A stretch of 64,000 nt of DNA from Dimorphilus gyrociliatus (lineage: Eukaryota; Animalia; Annelida): contig CAJFCJ010000019.1 of NCBI GenBank assembly GCA_904063045.1, forward strand, positions 2,796,684 through 2,860,683, given 5' to 3'. The first letter of the stretch is position 1. The number at the start of each line of letters is the position of its first letter. The position numbers and the translations under genes are program-made. This document shows, one piece after another, positions 1-14,275 of the stretch. The notes beneath the pieces were generated by a model that saw only the letters and a list, made by a program, of their open reading frames with translations, searched no databases and was not told the DNA's origin.

Positions 1-1914
1 AATGTTTACATAGCGTAATACGAGAAAGTAAAGATTCGGTCATTGAAATCGCCGCTCTCACTTTGCCTCACCTGCCTATACTAAAATGCTATTACATCAT
101 GAAAGTAACGGCGCTTCTTTTATTTGAATCTAATTAAGTTAGGCAAGGTAAAGTATAAAAGAGATTGATGAAAGCTAAGTCCTGTCGATAAGAATTTTGC
201 GGTGGCAAGGAATCAATTGTTTGAATAAAGAGACGGTCTTTGTGTCATCAATACAATAAACATTGGTCGATTGTTTGATACAAGAATATCACTCTTGACA
301 TTTTAGCTACGCAAACAGTTAGACTTTCTCACCCGGCACACGTATAAAATTCATTTTAGATTGCATATTTCTATTATAATACAAAGGGAACCGTAGATAC
401 CGCTCTAAATATATTCGCTAGTTTTTCAAAGCCTCAATATATAAGTTTTTGTATTTCCTGAAGGAAAACAATCGCAACAAAATACGACTCCTCTTTTCTA
501 TGTTTTTTCCCCTCTATCCTCTTTCCGTTTAGGGATAATACTTTTATGCCAACGTCAACTTTCTCGTATTTCTTATACTTGGTATTATAGGCAGTCGGAA
601 GTCGTATCTTGAAAGATACAATAGGCCTATTTTACTAATTAGATTTTGCTTAGAAAAAAGTACAATAAACAAAAATTGGGTGACGCGTATAAAATGTCAC
701 ATTTTGACCGCGGGCTGTGTAACAGTCCCCAGTCGCTGGTAAAGCCCAAGTCGTCAATTTTCACCTCATTTCCTCCTTCCTTTACATCTTTCGTCCGCCG
801 TTAATTCGACGCTTTTACGGAGCTCGCCCAATTAATCGCACTGCACTCGAATACTGTCTTCGGAGCGAATGCATCAAAATTTCTTCTTCAACACGCAGTT
901 TTTACGGTCGAATGGTTTGTAATAGGGTGAGAAATTGTCAAATTAAAGACAAGAAAGAAGGTGACGAAGCATTTCTGATGAACTGTCGAGATCACTGTGA
1001 AGAGTGCTTAAAAAGCGCTTTGCATTGACATCACCACAAGTCGATCAGAGTCCATTTGTTAATGGAAATGTGAAAGAAGCCGGGGGTGACTTCCAGCAAG
1101 ATATATTAACAGGGTGATGATGAGTACATGTTTATAGAAGGTAGACTGTTTATAGCATCACAAACTACGATAGACGTCATCAAGCTGTAATGCCTTAGGC
1201 ACCATCGTTTTGGCAATCTGCTCACATTCGAACGCCGTCGCTTCATCATTTCGTAATCAATGTAATAAATTGCATTTATATTACGTCTAACGAACACTTT
1301 GCTAACGCGTCGGCACGCGCCGAAGCGTCTCCTTTGTTTATTAAAAAGTTCAAAGTGTCAATATAGCTACGCTGGAGGCGTCGATGAAAAATTGACTGTT
1401 ATTTTGACGTATCGTCTTATTAAGATCTTAGTTAGTTAATGCTGATGAATGCTAATATAAGGTACCTCCTCCTCTTTCAATTTAATTACGATTCATTTTC
1501 GTCCCATATATAGGCTATAAGAAATTCGATTGGTCACAAGGTGGCGCTCAAATTAGCGAGTATTTTCGTTCCGACCGGCAGACAGCTGGCGAATGCCGCT
1601 AAGTTTATAACGTAGCAGTTCACTTTTACCAGTTGAATAAAATTTTTTTTAGCTGATTTTTTTTAATCGTTTATTTTAGTAATTCGTTTATAAAATTACG
1701 ACGCAGAAAACGGAGCAGATCTCTTTAGCAATAAAAAGGGAATGAATTTATTGTTATTTCACGACTAATAGTAATTTCCATTAAAGAAGGTAAGAGTACA
1801 ATGAATTGAATTTCGGGTAAACGACACGCCATTAATTGTCGATTTTCTAAACGCTTTTGCTGTTGAACCGTAACAAATATTCGATTGACAGGTCTCATCA
1901 AATACGGATTATAT

Positions 1915-4900
1915 ATGTTGCGATTCTTGCTATTCGTTGCCCACAGTTCGACTCTACTGCAATTTATAGAAGGTCGATGGACAATAGCAAATTATGTAGT
2001 AACTGAAGAGACAGACGGTGGTTCAATTTTGGGTAATATTGCCCGTGATTCTGGTTTTATTCAAGATATTCCATCCCAAAAGAATATAGAGTACAGATTA
2101 CTACAAAATGACTTTAGTAGTTACTTTGAGATATTTCCGTATAGCTCTGATTTGACATACTTAAAAATTGATAGGGAAAAAATTGGGTGCTCTGGAAAAA
2201 GAATTTGCGAATTAAATTTTAAAGTTTACGCAAATCGAGGCTCATCTGGTTTAGGACTTTTGCAATTTAAAGTTACAGTTAAAGATATTAACGATCATTC
2301 TCCTACTTGGCGGGAAAGCAGAAGAGAGTGGACAGTTCACGAATCGGTTGCTCCTAACAAGCAATTCCTTTCCATACCTCCGGCTATCGACCCTGATAGC
2401 CCCAAGTTCGCGTCACCTACTTATAAATTGGAAGACGATCATGGTGGAAGGTATCGTCTGCAGTATAACAATGCATCGAACAACGTAAAAATTGTTTTAT
2501 CGAAAACACTAGATAGAGAGGCTCAGGACAGTTATCAATTGCGTTTAATAGCAACGGACGGAGGGGGCAGGAAGGGTGAACTTCAAATTGACGTTCGCGT
2601 AAAAGACGCCAATGATAATGTGCCTAAGTTCGATCACAATTCGTATAGTGCAAAAGTTCCCGAGAATTTAGCTATAAATTCTACAATTCTTATAGTCTCT
2701 GCTCAAGATGATGATGTAGGAGACAACTCAGTTATAATTTACTCATTGCCTTCGTCGTCTGCTCAACTGACCAACGTGTTCAATATTAATAAACATACGG
2801 GTAGAATAACGTTGGCTTCTTCCCTTGACAGGGAGACCACTAGCGGCTACATATTTTATGTTCAAGCCAAAGATTCTGGTCCTTATGCAACACCTGTGGA
2901 GACTCTGGTTAACATAACGGTTGTAGATATCAATGATAATGCTCCATCTATACACACGTCACCGCTTCTTCAAAGTTCAGATAGCAGCCTGACTATTTTA
3001 GAAAATGACCAGGTTGGCAGATCGGTTGCTATGGTCTACGTTTCTGACCCAGATGAAGGACGAAACGGCAGATTTTCCTGCACTATTGACAGCAACAAAT
3101 ATTTTACTTTAACTGATTTTTCACCTTCTTCAAGGGATAGACATCAAAGAGAATACGAAATTAAATCTAATTCGATGTTCAATTATGAAGAACTTAAGGA
3201 AATTACAGCTGTAATCACTTGCAAAGATAATGGCAATCCTGCACAAACTTCAACATCGGTCCTAGAAGTAAAAATACGAGACGAAAATGATAATGATCCA
3301 ATTTTCGAAAAAGAATTATATAAAACCGAAGTGACCGAGAATAAACCAATAAATCGATTTATTGCGCAAGTTAAGGCCATTGACAAAGATTCTGGTGATA
3401 ACGGAAAAGTGAGTTATTCGTTAGACGCCGCTAGCCAAGCCTATTTCAATATTATTGCCGATAGCGGTAAAATTTATCCAAAGGGAATATTAGATAGAGA
3501 GGAAAAGGAGTTTCATAATTTGACTGTTATAGCAAGAGATAAGGGCACAAAGCCAAATGAAGCCAAAGCATATGTTGAAGTAACAGTAAAGGATGTAAAC
3601 GATTGTATCCCGACCTTTGTTAAGCATGCCAATTTCCCTGTATTATCAATATCAGAAAATGAAGCTCGTGAAACACACCTATTAGGTAGTGTCGCTGCGG
3701 AAGATTGTGATATTGGAGAAAATGGCAAAATTACATATTCGATAGTTTCTGCACGTGATCAACCGTTCTCTATCAATAAGAATACAGGTGTTATATCGAC
3801 AACCGAAGTATTGGATAGGGAAAATACGAGCAGCTATCATTTACTTTTAGAAGCTCGAGACGGTGGTAGTCCAAGTCTTTTTTCTACAATTTCAATGAAA
3901 GTTCATGTGATAGATCGCAATGATGAGAAGCCACATTTCACATTCCCTTCAGCAAAAAATAATACACTCCAATTTTCTGCACATGCACCTGTCGGCACAG
4001 CAATAACAAAAATACAAGTATCCGACAAAGACTTTGGAAATAATGGAAATGTAAATATCTATTTTCAACAGACAATACTTTCATTTCTGAAGCAAAAAGA
4101 CTCTGGGGTTTATACCTCATGGTCTTGTTTCCAAATGAACATTGAAACGGGAAATATAAAGCTGGTGAAGGATTTGAGTACCTTATCTAACAAAACCGTC
4201 ACTATTGACTTAGAAGCCCGGGATGGTGGTTCTCCCTTTCAATTCACTCGTACTCAATTGATAATTGTCTTCAACGATTCTATTCCTTGGCATGACTCGC
4301 ACAGTTCATTATTATCAAGGAGTAATTTATTGATTTTAATAGCGGTCGGAATTGGATCTTTCGTCGTCATTCTGCTATTAATTTTATGTATATGTTGTCT
4401 TCGTCAATCGAAGAAGGACAAACAACAATTGCGATACAATTGTCGAACAGAGGCCTTGAAGATTCTTTATGAGAAGAATGGTGGTCCTACGATCATTCGA
4501 GATAGCGATAAGTGCAAACACTCGCCTCGTGAAATGAAGAGTTTGAATTACGAGAAGGCTCTCGACCCAAGTCATATAGAATTTGTGGTAAGTAGAATAG
4601 AGGAAAGAGTAGGCAAAATATAAATATATATAATTTCCCCCTTTCCCTTATAAAACTCCTTCCTTGCTCGATTTTTGAGGAAGGAAGGAAGGAAACCGTA
4701 CCAGCAACCACGAGTTTCGATAAAGTCGTGGACTGATGACATACGTTATCCGAGATTACCTTATTTAGTACGGCTTCCAACGTTTCTTTCCCTTTTTAGT
4801 CATCTATATATGGGCTTGTAATCATAAGGCTTTTTCTAATTTGCAAATTGCCGTCAATTTATAGTATGGTTCGGAGGAAGAGGTAGGTAATAGCTTGCTT

Positions 4901-7900
4901 CATATTATAAGCTTGCCGCCTATGTATGCTTTTATATTTCACACCTTGCTTTTGTTTGCATTCTAAAACTCTTAATTGTTGCTCAAACGTGTCAACATTT
5001 ACCTTGTTCAGACTAATGCTTGTATATATTTTTTTCTAAAAGCTTTTGCAGTTTCGTGTTCAAGCTAGTCTCAAATTTGACTCTTTCTTTCAAAATGTGG
5101 CATGGCCTGATAACACCTCTATTAAACTGAAGAGGTGGCGTCGTTTCGAACGCCTTTAAAATCCGTCAACCCGACACTTAAGATCGTATAGCCAACGGTT
5201 ACAGCGATATGTTTTCTTATTTCTTATTGAGGAGAAATCTTGCCTTCAGCCTAAAAAAAACGGATTAGCGCAAGATTGAATCTATAACAACGTCCTTCGG
5301 CTATATACGTGCATAAATAGTTAGTGAACGCTGTAATTTCTTATAATTATACGGGCCAATCGATAGCGATAAACGAAATGAGTTTAGGAAGGGGCGCAGC
5401 TGGTGACGCTGGACGATGCGGCGTTTTTGTCGCTAACGCTTGTAAATAATTAGTTATTATACTCTATTTCGTATTCGACTCAGAACTAGGCGAATCGATG
5501 CAATACAACGACGCAGAGCAATACAGATTGTCATTTTATCAGATGACTGAACAAGTATTTGCGCTGCGTCAGATACAGAACTGTCTGGTCTTGACTTGTA
5601 ATTTGTAAACGATGGGAAGGAGGTCCAAGAGGGGAAACCTTTGCCTTCTAATGCCACTGTATTGCTAAGTCTGCCTTCTTGAGAAGAGGAAAGTACAAAT
5701 AAGTGAGTGAGAGAGCTGATGAGTGAATAAATGAGTAAATGGACAAGTAAACAAAGTAGAGGAAGAATGAGAAAGTGAGATTCATATGTGCACGCCCAAG
5801 GAATAAGACAGGCGGCAGTTAAAGAAAAAGACAGCCGGCAGCTGATTGAAAGGAAGGATGGATTAAGTAAATTCAGGCGAGCGTCTATTTTAAGTAAAGC
5901 AGTTAGCCGATTCGTTCTCCTTTCTTCCTACTATCCTCTCTCCCTTTCATTCCTGCTCGTCAGAAGATTATCATACTGCACTATTTCCAGTATTGCGTGA
6001 GAGAGAAAGCAGATTGTAGCGACGACTTGATAAGCTGGCATGCCGCCTATGGATTTCCAATATGCTTACTATTCTCCTCGTTAAACGTATTACGGGACGG
6101 CGCCGTTTTTACGTCTAATTCTTCCGCAATAAGAGCAACCCGCGTTTAATATGCAAACTACGGCTGACGGCTATACGATAATCTATAGAGATACAAATAC
6201 ACCGGTAACGTTGACGTCAAAAGCTAGCATGCAGGCCACGTTGACTGCTAGTCAATAAAAAGCACGTTTCCCTCTTTCTCCTCTTATGTATTCCTCAATT
6301 TTTTCTCCTTTTGAATTCCCCTTTTATCTATGCTTTTTTTCCGTCGCCCCTCGTTTTTCTACTTTGGCGTTTTTCATTCCGTTTCTTTTTCCCTTAAGTA
6401 GCGTAAGATAATAGGCTAAGTAAAAAAACAAGAGGCACGAGAGAAAAGAAAAGGGAATAAGAGACGCCTATTGTCTTTTTATGACGTTCGTGTATGTTTC
6501 TCTTTCATTTGAGTTTATATTTTCCTACAAACGTAAAACCTTAGAAGAGCAAATGAAGACAAGAAATTTACTTTTTTTTTTAATAATTTACACAGATTCC
6601 GGTCGCGAACAGCTCATTATTAACGGCTACGCCACCTGGCGCCAAACGACAGTTTAAACACCCTCTAGCACCACCACCACCCTGTAGGGGCAGACTTAAT
6701 CAAAAAGATGTTGAGGTTTGACGTTTTCTAGTTTTTTTTTTCACACTGGCTTAAATAACTCTGCATAGACAACGCGTGACGCTCAATCACATCCCTAACT
6801 CTGCCCCATGAGGCGTCTAGCGCACCCTGTCCGGCCGTTATCGGCAGAGGCCGAGACGCCCTGTCCTTTCTAAAAAGTAAATTAGCCTGCAATCGCTACG
6901 ACGCCTCCAAGTCGTTGTCCAACTTATTGATTGCCGTCTTCTGCAGTATAAAAAAGGCATACATACAGTATATGAGGTCTTATACCTGCTGCATTTCTCA
7001 TTTCCTAGGTGTTAACCAAATGAATAGCCTTCTCAAAAGAAGTTTTTTAAACATATAATGATCATTTGGATATCAATGACAGCTTAAAAGAGCTGCTTAG
7101 TCTGTAGTACTAACCAGTTTATATACGTATTCTGTTTGGAGATTAGGATTATATAAAATCCAATTGGCGTAAAAATTGGCTGGAGTAGTATAAAGAAAGG
7201 GAAAGGCAATATACAGACGTCAGAATATCCAGCTTATCAAACGACCAATAAAAGATTAACGAACTGCAATTTTTCTACTGGTCAAAAAAAAATTTTTGCG
7301 ATAATTTTCTTCTATATATACGGCAGAGTGTTGCTAGAAGGGCCTAGGGCGGATGTAGAAATTCTTGGACACAGGGAATAAATCCCTTGAGTGTCTTTAA
7401 TTGAATAACGTCGGCGAACTGCCGGGTCTATAGATACGACCTAATTTGCGGTTGTACGAGTTTTTATGTAGTGCGAAAATTGTGGTCAGGAACACAATTT
7501 AGGAGCTTATAAATTTTGTAGCGTTGCTGAACGTCCCTTTGCAGACTTGCTCCTCTCCTGCTTTCTTTACAACTTTATATTTTCAAAGTGTCATTATTAC
7601 TTTCATCCATTGATTGCAAGTGTTTGATTAAGGCAGCTTCAGAGCTCTTCCGTAAGTCGGAAGAAATCTAATTTAACGAGTAGCCAATACGGAAAAGATT
7701 GATATAAGCGAGTTAAACGACGAGTCGACAGCAAAATATTGGCAGGAGACGTTCGATAGTCCTTAATTGACTGTGCGACGTCTAAAAGTGACGGTCGTAG
7801 CTAATGATCATTATTACGTGTATACGGTTTATTGATTGATCTAGATATAAATAAATTCGATTTTTTCCACTTTAGCAGCTCCGAACGTTCGTAAATGGGG

Positions 7901-8542
7901 AGACCGATAGCGCCTACAGTGTTGGAGATTGCTCAAATACAGATAGTGGTAAAGGGGCTAGCGACGCTGGAGAACAACAGTTCGTGGAAGGTTTGCAATA
8001 AATTTTTTTTTACTTTAGATTGATGAGTTAGGGGGTAAATAAGCGACCGATCGTTTCTTTTCGTAGGTGGCGTTGCAATAATAATCCACTTCCTCGTATC
8101 GTGTTTCTATTTTACCTCCTTTCTATTAGGCGTCTAGTTGTATCCCTTATGGAGAAATCTATAAAAAATCGATCGTTTGTTCTCGCTAATTAAATCTACT
8201 TTTTTTAATCGCAATCTCGTAGCTCTAAGGAATGGAAGCTCTGAGGGCTATAAAGGCTCATTGAATCGAGCGTTCGCTCAAACACCTTCTACATCTTCTT
8301 CACCTCAACGGCAGATGTCGCATTCTTCCAGACCTAAGTTCACGCCATCTAGCAGGCCAATCGAAACTACGCTCTATTCTTGTCGAGACGTTTCTGATGT
8401 TTTGCGTTCGACTATGCCAACAATTACAGCCAACGAAACAGCCGAAGAGGAAGGTAGCACAACTTCCGGTTCCTATGTGGTTGACGCTAATGATCTTTGT
8501 AACGAAATTGACGACTTATTTTTTCGAAGTATGGTCGTTTAA
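1915..8542 (+). CDS. Protocadherin, delta-1-like (signal peptide, 7 cadherin repeats, TM, cytoplasmic tail). Exons approx. 1915-4587, 6596-6715, 7879-7990, 8223-8542
   Basis: ORF 1885-4623 has repeated DxNDxxP and (L/I)DRE cadherin motifs and TM LLILIAVGIGSFVVILLLILCICCL. A 5'UTR intron (gtaag near 1790, ag near 1891) makes ATG 1915 the likely start. GT donor at 4588. Downstream exons join in frame and give a CM1-like DSGKGASD and C-terminal TTSGSYVVDANDLCNEIDDLFF. The middle exons are less certain. Confidence 0.9.
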
Positions 8543-11359
8543 ACGACATTTCGAATGTGCAGGTGCTAAAAAATAAAGGCTATAGCGAACCCTGCTCAGG
8601 TGCTCGTTATCAAGTTTACTTGTGTGTCTGTAAATATTAACAGAGTTGGCTATAACTTTTATCTGCACATTCTACCCTCGTTTCTTTCTTATTCTGTTTT
8701 TAGTATGTTTTTACTTTTTCCCATCATTCACAAAAAAAATCTCTTTCTTTTCGCTTAAATTGATGGTTTTGTTGAATAAAAGAAATTTTATTATTGAATT
8801 TGAACATAAGTGAATAGCATTTCATCAAGTACTTGAATTATAAAAAAAGAAACAATTAGGCAAATTGCTTGATAATCGAATTTTACGAGAGCGCTTGTGT
8901 AAAGCTTATGTAATTTTTTCATTGCCACATCATGACGGCTTCGTGCACTCAAACTAAGTGTATGTTATGAGACAGGTGTCGCCACCGGGAATAAACTACT
9001 AAAATATTTAACAGAGTAAAACCAGCTAATAGAATTCAAAAGATAAAATTTTCTCATAAACATTAAAAGAGTATCTATATAAATATATATAGCCAATCGA
9101 CATGACTTATTGAGCGCGATTGAAAAGGGTGTTTTAATTCTATTATATTCCTTTTTACGCTTATCTTTTCTTAGATAGACCACATCAAAAGGAAAATTGT
9201 CAATTCCATTTTATTTACCAATTCAAAACGCGTCGTTTGGACTTTTGAATATAATATTAATCACCCTTAACTAGATCCCTGCTCTTTTTTGAAATCGAGT
9301 ACCCATGCGTTCGATAGATGGCGCTATAAAAATAAAAAATAAATCTATTGTATGGGAACGATGTACGAGTGTGGGAGTAAACGGAAGGGAGAACTTATAT
9401 AGTTTGTCAAACCGTGCGTCGATCGTCACCTGCTTTGTCATGTATAATTAACGAGCATCAAACACGCTAGCTCATCTCGTATTCAATTAATTTGCTTGTT
9501 TCACATTTCGTCTAGTTCAATAAGCTTAACAGGACGTTTGTATGACGCTCGTAGACGGTCTCTTTATGCACGCTTAATTGCCTACTGATTACATTCCGCG
9601 TCGTCATTGATCGGTACTCGCGCTCTAAGCGCCGAGCCGTTTAAATCTCATATAATATCTATATTTAAATATACGTACAAATTATACGCATTAAACGATT
9701 TTTATAAAAGAATAATCTCTCGACACTAGTTTTTTTACTCAATAGAAAAAAGAGAGCGTCGCCTAGAAAAACAATCACAGCGTCAGTCGTCACTCAATCA
9801 ATCAGAGAACAAGTTAGACGCCCCTGATGAACATAGATGTGCCTCTAGAGAACGACGCGGCTATTTGGATGCAAATTGAAAGCGGCTCGCTGTAAAATAA
9901 TATTTGGCTGTATAAAGCATCTTGTTGGGCAAATTTATTTATTGACCGGTGTAAATGCATTAGCTTTGTATGAGTGGTTAGTTTATGGTACTTATTGTGT
10001 GGTCCACACCCAAAAAAAGTGAAACTATTTCTTTTCCCTTTAGATACGCACAGAAATGACAGTAGGAAGATGAGACGGCGATGCGTTTGGCTGGCGTCAC
10101 TTTCCCTTCAATCTAACGCTATATGCGCTGATCAGCGGTGCATGTAGAACTTGTAATCATAACACTGACCGCTCAACGCATTTGCATTTTATAGATAACT
10201 TTTACGCCCGCCGCCCATTATAAAAGGCACATTTAGTTTCTATTTATGTTTTAGTGCGTGATAGTTTTACAACGAGCGGCTGATTGTGTCAATTAATTGT
10301 ATAAGCGAGAGGCGGCAACTTCAATGCGTCTGCTCACCATCATTTATCATAGTCAATGAGCCGAGCCACCGTCCCTTTGCCATCTGCGTTCATCATCTCA
10401 CTTTGTCCTTTTTCAACGGCGCACGCATTAAGATAATTCATTAGAAGTTAAAAACTATAGAATAACTGTTTCCTTTTCTACTTACTGTATATCTCCGCCC
10501 AGTTCCTGCTCTTCCCTCTATTTTTCGTTTAACGACCATGTCATAAAAGTACAAAAAGAAAGAAATCGGGGAGAAAAAAAACCTATTTCCTATTCTTTAA
10601 ATCATTTCTCCGACCCCGCAAAGGCCTATTTAATTATAAGTTATATATGACAAGTGTGATTGACTGAAAGTATCTAAGGGGCAAGGCATTCTCTTGCGTC
10701 TGCTATATCAATTTATTTTTTTCATTTAAACCGTACACCTATTCTTGTTGGTCTAAAGCATTGAATTAAATGGATGATTGATGACTTTGCGACACGAAAA
10801 AGCAACAAATAATTATATATCACTATAAAAAAATTCCGAATTTAATTCGAAAATTTCATGTTTTTCTCAAACAGTTGACATCCACGTATTCACAAGGAAG
10901 AAAACTAAATTAATCTGCTGCTGAGAAAAAAAATGAGATGAAAATTAACCAATCATAATATATATATTTAAATTTCTTTATAAAGTAATAAGATATTAAA
11001 CCGTTATATAAGTTCAAGTGAGTGTAAGCTATTTCTTAAATTAAGGTCGACCACGGAAAAATTGGGTAAGGATAACAGGAAAGAAGGTAGGACGGTTTAA
11101 TTATGGCCATCAATTTAAAGTTAATGAAGGCAATTCCAAAAACATGCAGTGCTATATCAATAAGCGAAGTAATGAATACGAAAAGAACTGAAATGGAAAA
11201 TGGAATTAGCTGAGGGCAAGTTTATTTTGTTGTTGATTAAGCCATGTGGGAGGAGCTATGTCGATGATTGGCGGAGAGGACTGCTAGTTCATTGGTCGCT
11301 GCTTGGATATTGATATATCTTTTTAGGGCAGTTAGCGGAAAACGTCAACAGTTCGGAGT

Positions 11360-14275
11360 ATGCTAGTCACACCAGACATGACCAGCTGTAGGCCTTGGTT
11401 TCCTGCATATCGTCAAAACCCTCTTTTTCCTTTACATCTTCCTTTACCTCAACCTATAACTCCTTCTCCTCCAATTACCAAATCTGGTAAGTTTACTTTT
11501 GGATGTTTTGTTTCGAGTCGCTTTCTTTGAACGATATCTTTTGTTTCTGAAGACGAAGAGGATAACAGTCCTGAAGGCAAGCGTCGTAGAACAAGAACAA
11601 ACTTCAGCGGATGGCAATTGGAACAATTAGAAATAGCTTTTCAGGTAATGTAAAAGTTACGATTGATTTACTTCATAAATTTATTATGTAAGAGACATTA
11701 TTAAAGCTTATTTCTACTTAGTAAGACGTACTCTTTCCTATAGGATCAAAGACGCTTATATAATGCATTAAATATACATCATAAGCTTATATAATGCTAT
11801 TAGATCACGTGCAAACGATATGTCATTCAATTTACTTTTTTTCTACCTTGCCTAATGCGAAGGTTTTAAGCCGCTTAGGCGTTAATAAATTATAGATATA
11901 ATATCCGTGTAATGATTCTATCTTATAGAAGGTTACATACGCTACGAAAAAACCGAATAAAGGGTAAGAGCGGTCGTGTCTACTTAAAAATTCCCCGTTT
12001 TTGAGTAGCGTTCATTCTACTGTCAACTTTTTTTATTTAAGCTAAAATCAGGAGCTTTTTAATTATGAAAGAACAAAAAAAAACTTTACTTTATAAAAGA
12101 TATTTCAAAAAAAGAAACAATTAATGGAAGCAATATTTCACAATATGAAAGTGATCGATTTACTCCCGTTTCGGCACGATTTGCTCACTAGAAATTATTT
12201 AGAGAAATGTTCAATATCCGATTTGGGTGATTGATTATAAATATTAATTTAAAACGCTTCTCTCGCTAACGGGCGTTACTAGTTTCACAGGAAAAGCGTT
12301 TTGTAGGTATTTTATTTATGCTAATGAATATACTTTCTTTTTTCCTATTGTATTTCAACCTTTTATAAATATATACGCTTCTATAAAACCATCAGAAGTT
12401 TTTTTTTATGGCGGTTAGAGCCAAATATAGTTTTATATACCCCAAATTTAAATTATTTTAGTGCAGTTTGAGAAAAGACTTTAAAGGCTTGCAAATATTC
12501 ATTTAAAAAAGTAGTAATTATTTGAGAATCTTGTATTAAATCGAGTGAGGGAGGAACTTTGATTAATCTGGTTTTTTTGCGATAAACGGCAAAAGGGGGC
12601 AGCAATTACATTGAAAGAATTCATTTAATTGATGTTTATCCTTACCGACGCCAAAATATATTTATACTCTCCTAGTTTATTACGTGAATATAATTAAAGC
12701 GTTTACGGGGGGTGTATATTTATAAATTTTATGACCCGTAACAAAAACTCTTTCTTCTCTAGCAAATTACGTCGTAAATCATGTATGCCAATTGCACAGC
12801 GCGCATACGTACTTTGATGTGCACAAGGCTCATACATTTTTTTCCTAAGTTGATAGTGAAAAATATCTCTTTAAATATTATTTAAGTAATGTTTATATGA
12901 CTAATTTTCCCATCGAAATAAATTACTGAAGAAAGAACTTAATATCTAACGCTTTAGATAGTTTGCTAAACGGTTTCTATTATTCCCTCCTCTCCCCTAT
13001 AAATAAATATATATATACGGATATTAATTTATTACTTTGGGGGAAGAGCAGAATAAATATTTTCTTTTATCTAAATTCAAGTTTTGTTACGGATAGAGAT
13101 ATAAATGTATACATTTTTTTAAAGAATATTATAAAGACCCCGCATTGCTCATCAATCATAGTGTTATTCGTTTGCGCGCGCAAACTCTTGTAAAGCATAC
13201 AATTCTCGGGAAATTTTACAAAACGTTTATACAACGTAAATATATATATATATATTATATATTATATATATATAAAGCGTGTGTATTTAGTAGAGTGAAC
13301 GCGATTTAATATTGAAAATTCGATATTTTCCTGAACAGGATAGCCACTATCCAGACGTTTTTATGAGAGAAGCCCTCGCCCTTAAACTCAACCTAGCCGA
13401 ATCACGAATACAGGTAACAATATTCAAACAACTTAATTGGCGTTCGCAAAGCGAGTTTGATATCAATTAGAGCCTTGTTTGGCGAGCATTTTACGGCCGT
13501 AGTTGTTTGCTCGAACGTGACTATTACGGCCGACCGCCTATAATGAGCGCGCGCGACATTTTTGCCATGAGAAATTCTCGGGCGTTTAATTGAAATGCTT
13601 GTAACCATTACTGACATCGAAAAAATCGGAAGGGAGGGGTAGTAGGGGGTGATAGAGAAAAAGGCAATGGATGATTGGATGGCGTGATAGAGCTGTGTGG
13701 CCTCGTGTCTTGTTAAGGTAGCTGATGGATGTTCATTGTAGCGTACTAGCCTGAGGCCTGTTGGCGCCACGCTATGATAAATGAGCGTGCTTTTGTTGCA
13801 GGTGTGGTTTCAAAATAGACGTGCAAAGTGGCGCAAAAAGGAAAATACGAAAAAAGGTCCTGGTCGACCCCCTCATAACGCCCATCCGCAAACCTGCAGC
13901 GGCGAACCGTTGACGAAGGACGAATTAGAAAGAAGGGAAAACGCTCGAATGGAAAAGAAACGGAGGAAACAACAAGAAAGAAAGTTACATCAAAAATCTG
14001 GCGGTGACTCAAATGGTGAAAGAGAAGACGAAGACGTTGATGTTGTCGGAGGTGTTGAAGAACCTGATGTTTCACCAGATTGGAAAAACTCTTTCAGTAT
14101 AGCTAGTCTCTTACAAGCCGATAAAGTTCCACGAGGACGGCGGCCCAACTGCAAATACCCTCGCGTACAAGCTTGTAAAACTCAACCTTTAGCCGCTCTT
14201 GGTATGTTCCATCCACTCTTCCCCATCACCCAACCAGCCGGCTTCCAAATTCAAGCGCCTCCCGTTTCGGAATAA
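11360..14275 (+). CDS. unc-4: Unc-4/Uncx paired-class homeobox transcription factor, 4 exons
   Basis: Spliced homeodomain KRRRTRTNFSGWQLEQLEIAFQ|DSHYPDVFMREALALKLNLAESRIQ|VWFQNRRAKWRKKE. It is followed by the Unc-4-typical NTKKGPGRPPHNAHPQTCSGEP and an eh1 motif FSIASLL. Splice sites are canonical. Confidence 0.93.
13239..13272. repeat. (TA)n run in Unc-4 intron
   Basis: Direct observation. Confidence 0.85.

Noticed and set aside
1885-1914. TTG-initiated N-terminal extension of the protocadherin
   Set aside because: It spans a splice acceptor at about 1891. ATG 1915 gives a normal signal peptide.
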